A stretch of 64,000 bases of DNA from an uncultured Planctomycetaceae bacterium (GCA_903858815.1 CAIOKE010000157.1:21682-85681), one strand, 5' to 3'; positions 28,553 to 38,485 are shown, counted from the stretch's first letter. Notes: generated from the letters alone by a model not told the origin. Made by a program: numbers and translations.

Positions 28553-28990
28553 CAGCTTACGCTGACGGCTCGACCCTGTACGGCGAAGGGGCCGCTCAGC
28601 TCGGCAGGAGCCTCGCCCTCCTAAACGGGAACTTCACTGGGACCACCGAGCACCAGCTCGGTTACGCTGAATCACAGTTCACTTCGGCTCGGCAGGAGCC
28701 TCGCCCTCCCAGGGGGGACTTCGCAGGGAACACCGAGCACCAGCTCGGTAACGCTGAATCACAGTTCACTTCAGCTCGGCAGGAGCCTCGCCCTCCCAAA
28801 CGGGAACTTCACTGGGAACACCGAGCACCAGCTCGGTAACGCTGAATCACAGTTCACTTCGGCTCAGCAGGAGCCTCGCCCTCCCAAACGGGAACTTCGC
28901 TGGGACCACCGAGCACCAGCTCGGTAACGCTGAATCACAGTTCACTTCAGCTCGGCAGGAGCCTCGCCCTCCCAAAGCGGAACTTCACTG
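28553..28990. repeat. tandem repeat, 88-bp unit x about 4.5 copies plus a degenerate leading partial unit; non-coding
   Basis: Unit starts (GCTCGGCAGGAG...) are at 28599, 28687, 28774, 28862 and 28950, giving periods of 88/87/88/88. Every full unit contains the hairpin ACCGAGC-ACCA-GCTCGGT. Confidence 0.9.
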
Positions 28991-28996
28991 ACAACT

Positions 28997-29045
28997 AAAC
29001 CCAAAACCCCCGCACCAGACCGCAGCAAACGGGCCAGTGCGAGGG
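28997..29045 (-). terminator. probable rho-independent terminator of leuB
   Basis: The minus-strand RNA reads CCCUCGCAC...GUGCGGGG (8 bp with a 1-nt bulge) followed by GUUUUGGGUUU, about 35 nt after the leuB stop. Confidence 0.5.
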
Positions 29046-29080
29046 TTCATAGTCTGTTACAGGATTCGCAGCAGGAAGAC

Positions 29081-30151
29081 TCAGGCCAGTGCCGCTACCA
29101 CCCGATCACCCATCTCCGTCGTACTTAAATACGCACCACCACCAGCGATATCGCGAGTCCGACAACCGGCTGCCAGCACGCGATTCACAGCCGTTTCAAT
29201 CGCCTGCGCTTCCTGCTCCATTTGCAGGGAATAACGCAGCATCATCGCCGCAGCCAGAATCGTAGCCAGCGGATTCGCCACATTCTGACCGGCGATATCC
29301 GGCGCCGACCCGTGAATCGGCTCAAACAAACCGGGACCTCCGGATCCAATCGACGCCGAAGGTGCAAGTCCCAGAGAGCCCGGCAGCATCGACGCTTCGT
29401 CCGTGAGAATATCCCCGAACAGATTCTCTGTCACCACCACGTCGAAATCCCGAGGCTTCGAAATCAGATGCATGGCCATGGCATCCACCAGCACCACATT
29501 GTACTGCAGATCCGGAAACTCTGTTTTCACAACCGCTTCTGACACCTGACGCCACAGTCGCGATGCCTCCAGCACATTGGCCTTGTCCACCATTGTCAGC
29601 CGACCGCGACGTCCACGAGCTGCATGAGCCGCCAGCCGCACCACACGCTCGATTTCCCCTGTGGAATAGGTCATCACATTCCACGCTTCCTCGCCGCTGG
29701 CATGCGGTCGACGACCGGATTCGCCGAAATAAATCCCACCCGTCAGCTCACGCACAAACAGAATATCGGTCCCCTGCACGATCTCACGACGCAGTGGTGA
29801 TGCATCCAGCAGCTCATCCCACGTCTTTGTCGGACGCAGATTCGCAAACAGCCCCAGTTCACGGCGAATTTTCAACAGACCGACTTCGGGACGAGTCTTT
29901 GCGCGAGGATCGTCCCACTTCGGCCCCCCCACAGCCCCCAGCAGTACAGCCTGCGATTGACGGCAGGCCTGCAGTGTCTCATCCGGCAGCGGATTGCCGC
30001 ATGCGTCAATCGCACAGCCCCCCATCAGATGCTCGGTCATCCGAAACTCATGACCAAACGCCGTGGCCACGGCTGTCAGGACACGTTTCGCCTGAGCGAC
30101 AATCTCCGGACCAATCCCGTCCCCTGGCAGAAGCACAAAGTCAGCTTGCAT
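29081..30151 (-). CDS. leuB: 3-isopropylmalate dehydrogenase
   Basis: [25 protein letters not shown]..., [25 protein letters not shown]..., [20 protein letters not shown]. These are the isocitrate/isopropylmalate dehydrogenase signatures. Confidence 0.93.
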   Translation of the reverse strand: MQADFVLLPGDGIGPEIVAQAKRVLTAVATAFGHEFRMTEHLMGGCAIDACGNPLPDETLQACRQSQAVLLGAVGGPKWDDPRAKTRPEVGLLKIRRELGLFANLRPTKTWDELLDASPLRREIVQGTDILFVRELTGGIYFGESGRRPHASGEEAWNVMTYSTGEIERVVRLAAHAARGRRGRLTMVDKANVLEASRLWRQVSEAVVKTEFPDLQYNVVLVDAMAMHLISKPRDFDVVVTENLFGDILTDEASMLPGSLGLAPSASIGSGGPGLFEPIHGSAPDIAGQNVANPLATILAAAMMLRYSLQMEQEAQAIETAVNRVLAAGCRTRDIAGGGAYLSTTEMGDRVVAALA

Positions 30152-30238
30152 TCCCTGGTTCTTTCAACATCTGTCGTCTGTTCACCGCGACACAACAGTC
30201 TGCCGCAGGCTGCCACAGAGTAAGCAAGGGTTGAGCGG

Positions 30239-31438
30239 ATGCAACCCCGGCGACACAAACCGCCGTCAATTGCTGCTGAAACCGCCGAAATTCTCAGTCA
30301 GGAAACCCGCAACACTGCCTCCAGCAGCGGAATTCCTGCCAACTTTCTGCTATTCTCAGCCGCTACTGCATCCGCCGGCCTGCCGGCTGCTTCGCACTCC
30401 GATCCCAACGGGAATCCTGCCGTGGCAGAAAAACGCGATTTCGACGATTTCCTTGAAAAATTTCATCGCCACCACGAAGTCATGGTGGAAGAGCTGCACA
30501 AAGTCATCATCGGCCAGGACGCTGTCATCGATCAGATCCTCGCTGCCATCTTCACCGGTGGACACTGCCTGCTGGTCGGAGTTCCGGGACTGGCCAAAAC
30601 TCTGGTCGTCAGCACCATCGCCAAGCTGCTGGATGTCCAGTTCCGCCGCATCCAGTTCACTCCCGACCTGATGCCCTCCGACATCACCGGCACCAATGTG
30701 CTGGAAGAGAGTGAATCCGGGCGTCGCGAATTCCGTTTCGTGGAAGGCCCGGTCTTCACCAATATTCTGCTTGCAGACGAAATCAACCGGACACCTCCCA
30801 AAACACAGTCAGCGCTGCTGCAGGCCATGCAGGAACGGGAAGTGACCGTTGGTCAGACCACCTATCGGCTGCCGGAACCCTTCTTCGTGATCGCCACCCA
30901 GAATCCCATTGAACAGGAAGGCACCTACCCGCTTCCCGAAGCGCAGCTCGACCGTTTCATGTTCAATGTCAAAGTGGATTACCCCACTCTCGAAGAAGAA
31001 GAAAAAATCCTGGAAGCCACCACATCGGGTGAGCGTGCTGAAGTCCGCCGAGTGCTGTCGGCCAAGTCCATTCTTTACCTGCAGAAACAGATCGGACAGA
31101 TCGCTGCCAGCCCACTGATCATCAGCTATGTCGCACGCCTCGTCAGAGCGACTCGACCGAAAGACCCGGCAACTCCGGAATTCATCCGTCGACTGGTCGA
31201 CTGGGGCGCTGGTCCTCGCGCCGGCCAGTATCTCATTGCCGGTGCCAAGGCCATGGCCGCCATGGCGGGCCGCCCCAGTGTCACGCTGGCCGATGTCCGC
31301 GGTGTCGCAATACCAGTGCTCAGACACCGCATCTCCACAAATTTCCAGGCACAGGCGGAAGGTATGGACACAGACGACATCATCCGCAAACTGGTTGCCG
31401 AAGTGCCAGAGCCCAACATTCCCAAATACGAACGCTGA
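30239..31438 (+). CDS. MoxR-family AAA+ ATPase
   Basis: VIIGQDAVIDQILAAIFTGGHCLLVGVPGLAKT (Walker A), ILLADEINR (Walker B), ATQNPIEQEGTYPLPEAQLDRF. The real start is probably internal (e.g. GTG at 30422), because the first ~60 aa are low-complexity. Confidence 0.88.
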   Translation: MQPRRHKPPSIAAETAEILSQETRNTASSSGIPANFLLFSAATASAGLPAASHSDPNGNPAVAEKRDFDDFLEKFHRHHEVMVEELHKVIIGQDAVIDQILAAIFTGGHCLLVGVPGLAKTLVVSTIAKLLDVQFRRIQFTPDLMPSDITGTNVLEESESGRREFRFVEGPVFTNILLADEINRTPPKTQSALLQAMQEREVTVGQTTYRLPEPFFVIATQNPIEQEGTYPLPEAQLDRFMFNVKVDYPTLEEEEKILEATTSGERAEVRRVLSAKSILYLQKQIGQIAASPLIISYVARLVRATRPKDPATPEFIRRLVDWGAGPRAGQYLIAGAKAMAAMAGRPSVTLADVRGVAIPVLRHRISTNFQAQAEGMDTDDIIRKLVAEVPEPNIPKYER

Positions 31439-31462
31439 ACCTCATACCCTCTCTTCAACAAC

Positions 31463-32236
31463 GTGCGGAAGTTCCCGCTCATGCTCTTCATCACTGGCAC
31501 TGATACCGGCGTCGGAAAAACTCACGTCGCCGCCGTGCTGCTGCAGCAGTTTCAGCTGCTCGGACTCAACGCCGCCGCTTACAAACCCGTCTGCAGCGGT
31601 ATCGAATTCCCCACACCCACACCCAGCACCCCGCAGCATCCCGCAACGGGATTCTGGAGCGATCTCCAACGCCTGCAGCAGGCCTGTTCACTGCCTGCCC
31701 GGATCGAAGAAATCTGCCCGCAGCGATTCCTGGCACCTCTGGCTCCTGATGCAGCCGCCCGGTCCGAAGGACGTGAAGTCGATGACCAGCTGCTGTCGGA
31801 TGGCCTGCAGGTGTGGCGAAATCGCTGCGACCTTGTCGTCATCGAGGGTGCCGGTGGCCTGTACTGCCCCCTCTCTGCACGCTCCACCGTCTTCGACCTC
31901 GTGCAGCGACTGTCCTGCCCGGTCGTCGTTGTCGCCGGTAATCGTCTCGGCGTCATCAGTCACACTCGCATGACCGTGGAACTGCTGCAGCGATCGGGTT
32001 GCGATGTGGTCGGCGTTGTCCTGAATGACATCGCCCCACCCGATACTTCCAACACTGACCTTTCGCGTTCCAGCAATGCCCGCCAGCTGCACACCTGGCT
32101 GCCGGCTCTGCCGCTGCTGCAGTGCAGCTGGAACGGCACTTGCCTGAATCTGCTGCAGCCGGAATCTTCTGCCGCAGACTGGCTGCAGCAGACAGCTGAA
32201 AAAGCTGTCCAGCGCTGGCTTGAGTGGACCGCCTAA
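31463..32236 (+). CDS. bioD: dethiobiotin synthase
   Basis: MLFITGTDTGVGKTHVAAVLL (P-loop GxxxxGKT of BioD) and VVIEGAGGLYCPL. Confidence 0.88.
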   Translation: MRKFPLMLFITGTDTGVGKTHVAAVLLQQFQLLGLNAAAYKPVCSGIEFPTPTPSTPQHPATGFWSDLQRLQQACSLPARIEEICPQRFLAPLAPDAAARSEGREVDDQLLSDGLQVWRNRCDLVVIEGAGGLYCPLSARSTVFDLVQRLSCPVVVVAGNRLGVISHTRMTVELLQRSGCDVVGVVLNDIAPPDTSNTDLSRSSNARQLHTWLPALPLLQCSWNGTCLNLLQPESSAADWLQQTAEKAVQRWLEWTA

Positions 32237-32913
32237 CGAATCCGCAACAGCACACTTTCGCCGTCACGGCCAGCCGTATGCCACGATGCAATCCGCTCAA
32301 TGCGACGACCACGCGCCGTACCTGACTGCTGAGCCTCTGCAAGTTCATCCTGCCAGCGCGGACCTTTGATCAACAGGACCTCGGCACCCTGCGCCCATAT
32401 GGAATCAAACCACGGCAGCAGCTTGTCGATGGCACCAACAGCGCGAGCCGTCACGATCTGAATACGCTGCTGCGGCAGCACATCCTGAACTCGCTTGCCA
32501 TACACCTGCACCGCAAGACCCAGACTGCTGACAATATCCTGCAGAGCCGCAGCTTTCTTGCCCACGGAATCACACACCGATACCGTCAGGTCCGGACGCA
32601 GGATCGCCACAATCAATCCCGGAACGCCACCACCGGATCCCACATCCAGCACTTTCGCACCCTGCGGCAGATGCGCAACCAGCCGCAGACTGTCCAGCAG
32701 ATCGCGACTCACGAACAGCTCGGGCTGGTCGTGGCGAGTCAGATTCAGACGCTGGTTCCAGTACTGCAGACGCTGCAGATAGGCCGCCAGAATCACGGCC
32801 TGCTGCGACGTCACCTGCAGACCATACTGCTGCGCAAGCTGCTCCAGTAATGCCCCTGTCACGGCAACAGAAGCACTTTCCTGAACGGGTTCAGACGAGT
32901 CCAAAGGCGACAT
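32233..32913 (-). CDS. rsmG: 16S rRNA (guanine527-N7)-methyltransferase
   Basis: LQYWNQRLNLTR..., VLDVGSGGGVPGLIVAILRPD and VTARAV are GidB/RsmG family motifs. Confidence 0.88.
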   Translation of the reverse strand: MSPLDSSEPVQESASVAVTGALLEQLAQQYGLQVTSQQAVILAAYLQRLQYWNQRLNLTRHDQPELFVSRDLLDSLRLVAHLPQGAKVLDVGSGGGVPGLIVAILRPDLTVSVCDSVGKKAAALQDIVSSLGLAVQVYGKRVQDVLPQQRIQIVTARAVGAIDKLLPWFDSIWAQGAEVLLIKGPRWQDELAEAQQSGTARGRRIERIASWHTAGRDGESVLLRIR

Positions 32914-33820
32914 CCAGTTCCCCGGATATGCGTTTCAGTTCAGCAGCATCGCCACCGCCAACCTCTGCCGCTACCCAGCCATAAAATTGAATTTCCCGCA
33001 ACGCTTTCCGGACATCTGCGTAATCAATGTCACCTTCGGAAATGCGAGTAAACTTGCTGTCTTTTCGCGAAAATCCCTTGATATCCAGCTTCATCACGCG
33101 GCGACCCAGAGTGCGAATCCAGTCACCCATGCTGCCGTACTTCCAGTGATTCCCTATATCAAACTGCATCCCCACCCACGGCGAATTCAGCTCATCCACA
33201 TAACGCACGTACTTCTCGGCCGTCTGAGTATGATCGCCTTCGTGATTGTACAGAAAATGATTCCAGACATTCTCAATCACAATCTGAATTCCGTAACGCG
33301 CCGCCACCGGAACGGCCAGAGCAATGTTCTCAATCGAACGCTTCCAGATCTCGTCCTCGGAACCGTCCTTGCCATGCCCCACCACCAGCAGAACGGAATG
33401 ACCGCCAACCGCATGCGTGTCGCGAATGGCCGTCGTCAGTGACTCCAGAGCCTTCGCACGCACCGCCGGATCAGCATCCGTGTGACGAATCTGCCAGTGA
33501 GAAGAATTCACTGTCCCATCCACCGGCAGACCAGTCTCTGCAATGGCCTTCCGAGTCTCTTCAACATTCATTCCCGGAGCATCCATTTCGATGCCGTCGA
33601 AACCTGCATCTCGCACCGCAGCAAACTTTTCCGTCAGCGACCCCTTCACCTGAACCATGCCGATCTTCAGGGTTTTCCAGAGCCGTCCCTTGAGTCCATC
33701 GTCGGGCAGGAGCGGTACCGACACACCAGCCGACGCCGAAGAAGTGACCAGACCAGAACCGGCCGCAGCAGCAGCAGACACGGCCAGAAACGAACGGCGG
33801 GAGACATCGGCAAATGACAT
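32891..33820 (-). CDS. Tat-exported sugar phosphate isomerase/epimerase (xylose isomerase-like TIM barrel)
   Basis: Twin-arginine signal MSFADVSRRSFLAVSAAAAAGSG, then GFDGIEMD..., VIENVWNHF... and FDIGNHWKYG, typical of AP_endonuc_2/TIM-barrel proteins. The start is set at the ATG at 33820. Confidence 0.8.
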   Translation of the reverse strand: MSFADVSRRSFLAVSAAAAAGSGLVTSSASAGVSVPLLPDDGLKGRLWKTLKIGMVQVKGSLTEKFAAVRDAGFDGIEMDAPGMNVEETRKAIAETGLPVDGTVNSSHWQIRHTDADPAVRAKALESLTTAIRDTHAVGGHSVLLVVGHGKDGSEDEIWKRSIENIALAVPVAARYGIQIVIENVWNHFLYNHEGDHTQTAEKYVRYVDELNSPWVGMQFDIGNHWKYGSMGDWIRTLGRRVMKLDIKGFSRKDSKFTRISEGDIDYADVRKALREIQFYGWVAAEVGGGDAAELKRISGELDVAFGLV

Positions 33821-34058
33821 GGCGTACTCCGATGGAAGGACTTCAGGCGGGAAATCCGCTGATTGCAGAAACCTCGTGGAAACCGCTGAGTATATCAGAC
33901 GGTCGCTGCTGCCGATAGTGACCACACAACCCAATGCCCCTTCCGCGAATTCCCCCCCGGTTATCCCCCGCAGACTTCAGCCCACCAGGACTGTCAGGTA
34001 CCATCCCGGCAACAACGGCACTGGATCATCCCACTGCCAACAGCCCGCCATTCCGGAA

Positions 34059-35117
34059 ATGTCTGCCATGGACCTGCTTCGCATTCTGACCCAGACTCCC
34101 TCCGTTCCCGGACGCGAATCCCGCATTCGCGCCGTCATCCACGACTACATCACTCGCCACCAGCTGTTTGACGAAGTCACCACAGACGCACTCGGTTCAC
34201 TCATCGGTATCCGCCGACCACGCCCAGCCAGCGGTCAGGTCAGTGAACGCCCGCTCAAAGTCATGCTGGCCGCTCACATGGACCAGATCGGCTTCCTCGT
34301 ACGACACATCGATGATCAGGGCTGCCTGAGAATCAATCCGGCAGGCGGATTCGATGCTCGCAATCTCTTCGCCCGGGGTGTCCGAGTCTGCACGGCCACC
34401 GGCGATATTCCCGGCATCATGAATGCCTCCGGAAAACCCATCCACATCTCTTCCGAAGCCGATCGCAGAAAGATCCCGGAAGTCACAGAGTTCTTTGTGG
34501 ATTGCGGGCTGACCGCTGATGACGCCCGCTCCCGCATTCGAATCGGTGACATGGTCGTACTGGATGGCCCGTTTCATCAGGTGGGCAATACCGTCGTATC
34601 ACAATGCCTCGATAACCGCGTTGGCTGCTGGGCACAGATTGAAGCCATCCGCCAGCTGCGCAACCACAATTGTGAAATCCATGCCGTCTGGACCGTGCAG
34701 GAAGAAGTCGGGATGCGGGGTGCCATCCCGTCAGCATGGGCGGTTGATCCGGATATCGGCGTGGCCTGTGACACAACTCTCTGCTGTCAGACCCCGGGGG
34801 TTCCCGACGAAGATCGAATTTCCGTGTTCGGTGACGGCGTCTGTCTGCACGTCATGGACAACTCCATGATCGCCGACATCGGACTTGTAGAGCAGTTCGA
34901 ACAGGTCGCAGCGGCCCGTGGTATTCGCTGTCAGCGTTCCATCCTGCCACGCGGCGGTCAGGATGGTGCCGCCATCCAGCGCTCTCGCAGCGGTGTCCGC
35001 ACCATCTGCCTCGCCTGTCCCATCAAATACATTCATACGGTAACGGAAATGGCCCATCTCGGGGACCTGCATTCCTATCAGACACTGCTGACCGCGTGGC
35101 TGGAATCTCTCGACTGA
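34059..35117 (+). CDS. M42-family metallo-aminopeptidase (FrvX/YsdC/TET-like)
   Basis: LLRILTQTPSVPGRESRIR, AAHMDQIGFLV, CLDNRVGC, VQEEVGMRGA, GGQDGAAI. The start is set at ATG 34059; the longest ORF begins at 33657. Confidence 0.85.
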   Translation: MSAMDLLRILTQTPSVPGRESRIRAVIHDYITRHQLFDEVTTDALGSLIGIRRPRPASGQVSERPLKVMLAAHMDQIGFLVRHIDDQGCLRINPAGGFDARNLFARGVRVCTATGDIPGIMNASGKPIHISSEADRRKIPEVTEFFVDCGLTADDARSRIRIGDMVVLDGPFHQVGNTVVSQCLDNRVGCWAQIEAIRQLRNHNCEIHAVWTVQEEVGMRGAIPSAWAVDPDIGVACDTTLCCQTPGVPDEDRISVFGDGVCLHVMDNSMIADIGLVEQFEQVAAARGIRCQRSILPRGGQDGAAIQRSRSGVRTICLACPIKYIHTVTEMAHLGDLHSYQTLLTAWLESLD

Positions 35118-35127
35118 AGGAGTTTCA

Positions 35128-35961
35128 GTGAGCAGACGAGCGGACGAGCAGGGGCGTCGTAACCCTCGCGGAACTCTGGCAGCCAGCCATCAGCGCAGCT
35201 GGCTCTGGGGACGCCATGCTGTACTGGAAGCACTGACCGCCGGACGCTGGCCTGTACTGGAACTGCTGGCAGCCGAGGAACTTGTGACTGCTGATCAGCA
35301 GCAGGTGCAGGCCCTCGCTGCCCACCGTGGTCTCGCACTGCAGACCGTTCCAGCCGCACGCCTGCAGCAGCTCTGCCACCAGCCCGATCACCAGGGTCTG
35401 CTGGCTCGCATGGCACCTTTTCCCTGTGGCGAACAGCAGGCCCTGATCAAGGCTGCTCGCACGGCCGCACAACTCGGTCGATCCGGCCTGTTTGTGCTCT
35501 GCGACAGACTTCAGGATCCACACAATTTCGGTGCTGTGCTGCGCTGCTGCGATGCTGTCGCCGCTGATGGAATCATCGTCGGGCAAAGTGGGCAGGCAGC
35601 AGTCACCCCGCACGTGGCTCGCGCGTCTTCAGGAGCCGTCAATCACCTGCAGCTCTACGAAGTCCCATCACTCACTGACAGCCTGCAGGCCCTGCAGCAG
35701 CTGCACTACACGGCCGTTGCCGCATCCGAAAAAGCGCAGCACTGCCTGTGGGATGCACCACTGACCGGCCCACTCGTGCTGGTCATCGGATCAGAAGCCG
35801 TTGGTATCTCAGATCAGCTGCTGCAGCTGTGCGATATCCAGACCGCCATTCCCATGCAGGGTCAGGTCGGGTCCCTCAATGCGGCCGTAGCGGCCGGGAT
35901 CCTGCTCTATGAATGTCGCCGTCAGCAGGCAGCTCTGCAGCGGCCTGCCCGGAGATCCTGA
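35128..35961 (+). CDS. rlmB: TrmH/SpoU-family RNA 2'-O-methyltransferase (RlmB-like)
   Basis: An N-terminal substrate-binding region WLWGRHAVLEAL, then LQDPHNFGAVLRCCDAVAADGII, LVIGSEAVGIS and IPMQGQVGSLNAAVAAGILLYE. Confidence 0.8.
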   Translation: MSRRADEQGRRNPRGTLAASHQRSWLWGRHAVLEALTAGRWPVLELLAAEELVTADQQQVQALAAHRGLALQTVPAARLQQLCHQPDHQGLLARMAPFPCGEQQALIKAARTAAQLGRSGLFVLCDRLQDPHNFGAVLRCCDAVAADGIIVGQSGQAAVTPHVARASSGAVNHLQLYEVPSLTDSLQALQQLHYTAVAASEKAQHCLWDAPLTGPLVLVIGSEAVGISDQLLQLCDIQTAIPMQGQVGSLNAAVAAGILLYECRRQQAALQRPARRS

Positions 35962-35962
35962 C

Positions 35963-37156
35963 ATGACGAATGACCTGCCCGTAGTTTCCGTGACCGAACT
36001 GGTCACAGCCATGAAAGAGGTGATCGAAACCGCGCTGCCTCCCTGTATCGTCGAAGCCGAATTGTCCAACTGCCGACGCAGTGCCGCCGGACACTGGTAT
36101 CTGACACTCAAGGATGCTGGCTCAGAAATTCCCGCCACCATCTGGCGGAATGTCGCGCAGCGTCTGCAGTTTCAGCCGCAGGACGGCATGAAAGTCCTCG
36201 CCACAGGTGCACTGGAAGTTTATGTTCAGGGTGGCAAGTGCCAGTTCATCATCAATCGACTGCTGCCGCAGGGCGTCGGCGCGCTGGAACTGGCCTTCCG
36301 CCAGCTGAAGGAAAAACTCGAAGCCGAAGGATTGTTCGATCCTGAACGTCGTCGCCCACTGCCCGCCATCCCCCGACGCATCGCTCTCGTCACCAGCCCC
36401 ACCGGCGCCGCTGTACGGGATATGATCCAGGTCATCACTCGCCGCTGGCCACCCGCAGACCTTGTCATCGTGCCTGTGCGAGTCCAGGGTGACGGCGCCG
36501 CCGAAGATGTGGTCCGGGCCTTAGCCATGGTGCATCGCATCCCAGACGTCGATGTGGCAATTGTAGGACGCGGCGGTGGCAGTCTTGAAGATCTGTGGTG
36601 CTTCAACACCGAAGCGGTCGCCCGAGCCATCGTGGCCTGCAAAGTTCCCGTCATCAGCGCTGTCGGCCACGAAATCGATGTCTCCATCTCTGATCTGGTC
36701 GCCGATCGCCGCGCACTCACTCCCAGCGAAGCCGGGGAACTCGTTGTGCCGTCCGCCACAGAACTGCGCGAAAAACTCCGCCAGAACGCCGAACGACTGC
36801 GAGTCGGAATGCAGGCCCGTATCGAAAAATTCCGCCTCCGACTGGCCGCACTGGAAGCCCGCTCTGTGCTGCAGAAACCCGAAAACCTGATCAATCAGCG
36901 ACGACAGGACTGCGATCTGCTCGGTGATCGCATGCAGCGAACCATCAGCCTGCTCGTCGAACGCCACAAAGCCAGCCTCGCTGCACTCACCGCCTCACTC
37001 GATGCTCTCAGTCCACTGAAAGTCCTGTTACGAGGCTACTCGCTGACTCAAACCGAAGCCGGCACCATTGTCCATAGTGCTGAACAGGTTCAGCCCGGCC
37101 AGATCCTGATCACGCGCCTGCACCACGGACAACTCCGCAGCCGAGTCGAAGGCTGA
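35963..37156 (+). CDS. xseA: exodeoxyribonuclease VII large subunit
   Basis: VSVTELVTAMKEVIE...VEAELSN...GHWYLTLKD (OB fold), RIALVTSPTGAAVRDM, GRGGGSLEDLWCFN, ISAVGHEIDVSISDLVADRRALTPSEA. The ATG lies 1 nt after the rlmB stop. No xseB gene follows. Confidence 0.9.
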   Translation: MTNDLPVVSVTELVTAMKEVIETALPPCIVEAELSNCRRSAAGHWYLTLKDAGSEIPATIWRNVAQRLQFQPQDGMKVLATGALEVYVQGGKCQFIINRLLPQGVGALELAFRQLKEKLEAEGLFDPERRRPLPAIPRRIALVTSPTGAAVRDMIQVITRRWPPADLVIVPVRVQGDGAAEDVVRALAMVHRIPDVDVAIVGRGGGSLEDLWCFNTEAVARAIVACKVPVISAVGHEIDVSISDLVADRRALTPSEAGELVVPSATELREKLRQNAERLRVGMQARIEKFRLRLAALEARSVLQKPENLINQRRQDCDLLGDRMQRTISLLVERHKASLAALTASLDALSPLKVLLRGYSLTQTEAGTIVHSAEQVQPGQILITRLHHGQLRSRVEG

Positions 37157-37207
37157 TCAGCTGACCCGACCCCGGAACCCGACTGAAACACACTCGCCGA
37201 TTGTCAA

Positions 37208-38485
37208 TTAACCAAACGCATAACCCTGCAGCGCCGCTTCTGTGAACTGCACGCTGTAACCCGGAGCCGGCGGGGGCATGTATCGACCGTGTCGCATGAT
37301 CACCGGTTCACAGACATGCTCATGCAGGTGATCCGAATACTCCGTCACTCGCCCTTCCATCGTGCCGGTCACACACACATAGTCAATGATGCTGGCGTGC
37401 TGCACATATTCGCACAGACCGACACCACCGGCGTGCGGACAGACCGGGATTCCGAATCGAGCAGCCAGCAGCATCACCGCCAGCACTTCATTCACGCCTC
37501 CCAGACGACAACAGTCCAGCTGACAGACCTGCAGACCGCCCGCCTGCATGAACTGCTTGAACATCACTCGGTTATGACACATTTCTCCGGTCGCTACCCG
37601 AATCGGTGCGATGGCCCGAGCAATCGCCTGATGACCGAGGATGTCGTCCGGGGACGTCGGCTCTTCCACAAACCATGGCCTGAATGGAGCCAGCTGATGA
37701 ATCCACTCAATCGCCTGCGGTACATCCCAGACCTGATTCGCATCAATCATCATGAAGGCATCATCACCCATCTCCTGACGCAGAACCCGACAACGCCGCA
37801 GGTCGTCCTGCAGATCACGACCCACCTTGATTTTGAAATGCTTCCAGCCGCGCGTCTTCAAATCCGCACATTTCTGCCGCAACGCCTCGTCCGAATACCC
37901 CAGCCAGCCGGCGGATGTCGTGTAACTCGGATACCCCTCCGCCTGCAGACGCTCAATCCGCTCGGCTCGCCCACCAGCCATCGGCTGCAGCAGCTCCACC
38001 GCCTGCCCCGGCGTCAGAGCATCCGTCAGATAACGGAAGTCAATGCAGGAAGCAAACTGCTCAGGAGACATCTCACAAACCACCTGCCAGACCGGTTTCT
38101 GCAACGATCGACTCCACAGATCCCACACGGCATTAATCAGTGCAGCAGCCGCCAGATGAATGACACCCTTCTCCGGCCCCACCCAGCGCAGCTGACTGTC
38201 ACCCGTCAACCGCCGATACAGAGTCACCGGCTCCTTCATCAACCCGCACACCGTCTGACCAACCAGCAGCTTCGCCAGCGCCTGAATCGCCGCCACACAC
38301 AGCTCGTTGCCACGCCCAATCGTAAACGTCATCCCATAGCCACACAGCTCATCCGAACTGGTCCGCAGAATCACGTAAGCCGCCGAATAGTCCGGATCCG
38401 GATTCATCGCATCGGAACCATCCAGCTGCTGCGAAGTCGGGAAACGAATGTCAAAGGTTTCAAAACCCGTAATGGTAACGGCCAT
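37208..38485 (-). CDS. enolase-superfamily dehydratase, L-fuconate dehydratase-like
   Basis: ITGFETFDIRFPTSQQLDGSDAMNPDPDYSAAYVIL closely resembles the L-fuconate dehydratase N-terminus as I recall it. MR/MLE metal-ligand regions are IDANQVW, FVEEP and QLDCCRLGG. Confidence 0.8.
   Translation of the reverse strand: MAVTITGFETFDIRFPTSQQLDGSDAMNPDPDYSAAYVILRTSSDELCGYGMTFTIGRGNELCVAAIQALAKLLVGQTVCGLMKEPVTLYRRLTGDSQLRWVGPEKGVIHLAAAALINAVWDLWSRSLQKPVWQVVCEMSPEQFASCIDFRYLTDALTPGQAVELLQPMAGGRAERIERLQAEGYPSYTTSAGWLGYSDEALRQKCADLKTRGWKHFKIKVGRDLQDDLRRCRVLRQEMGDDAFMMIDANQVWDVPQAIEWIHQLAPFRPWFVEEPTSPDDILGHQAIARAIAPIRVATGEMCHNRVMFKQFMQAGGLQVCQLDCCRLGGVNEVLAVMLLAARFGIPVCPHAGGVGLCEYVQHASIIDYVCVTGTMEGRVTEYSDHLHEHVCEPVIMRHGRYMPPPAPGYSVQFTEAALQGYAFG

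Noticed and set aside
28477-28839. 120-aa ORF (and ORF 28271..28624) running through the tandem repeat, giving peptides such as SAGASPS / LGRSLALL / ARQEPRPP.
   Set aside because: The repeat period (87/88 nt) is not divisible by 3, so successive units are read in different frames. There is no start context or coding periodicity. These are repeat-derived spurious ORFs.
28599-28990. Possible CRISPR array, because of regularly spaced conserved segments.
   Set aside because: The whole 88-bp unit is repeated, including the would-be spacers, which differ only by point substitutions. There are no unique spacers and no cas genes in the window, and the unit length does not fit the repeat-plus-spacer architecture.
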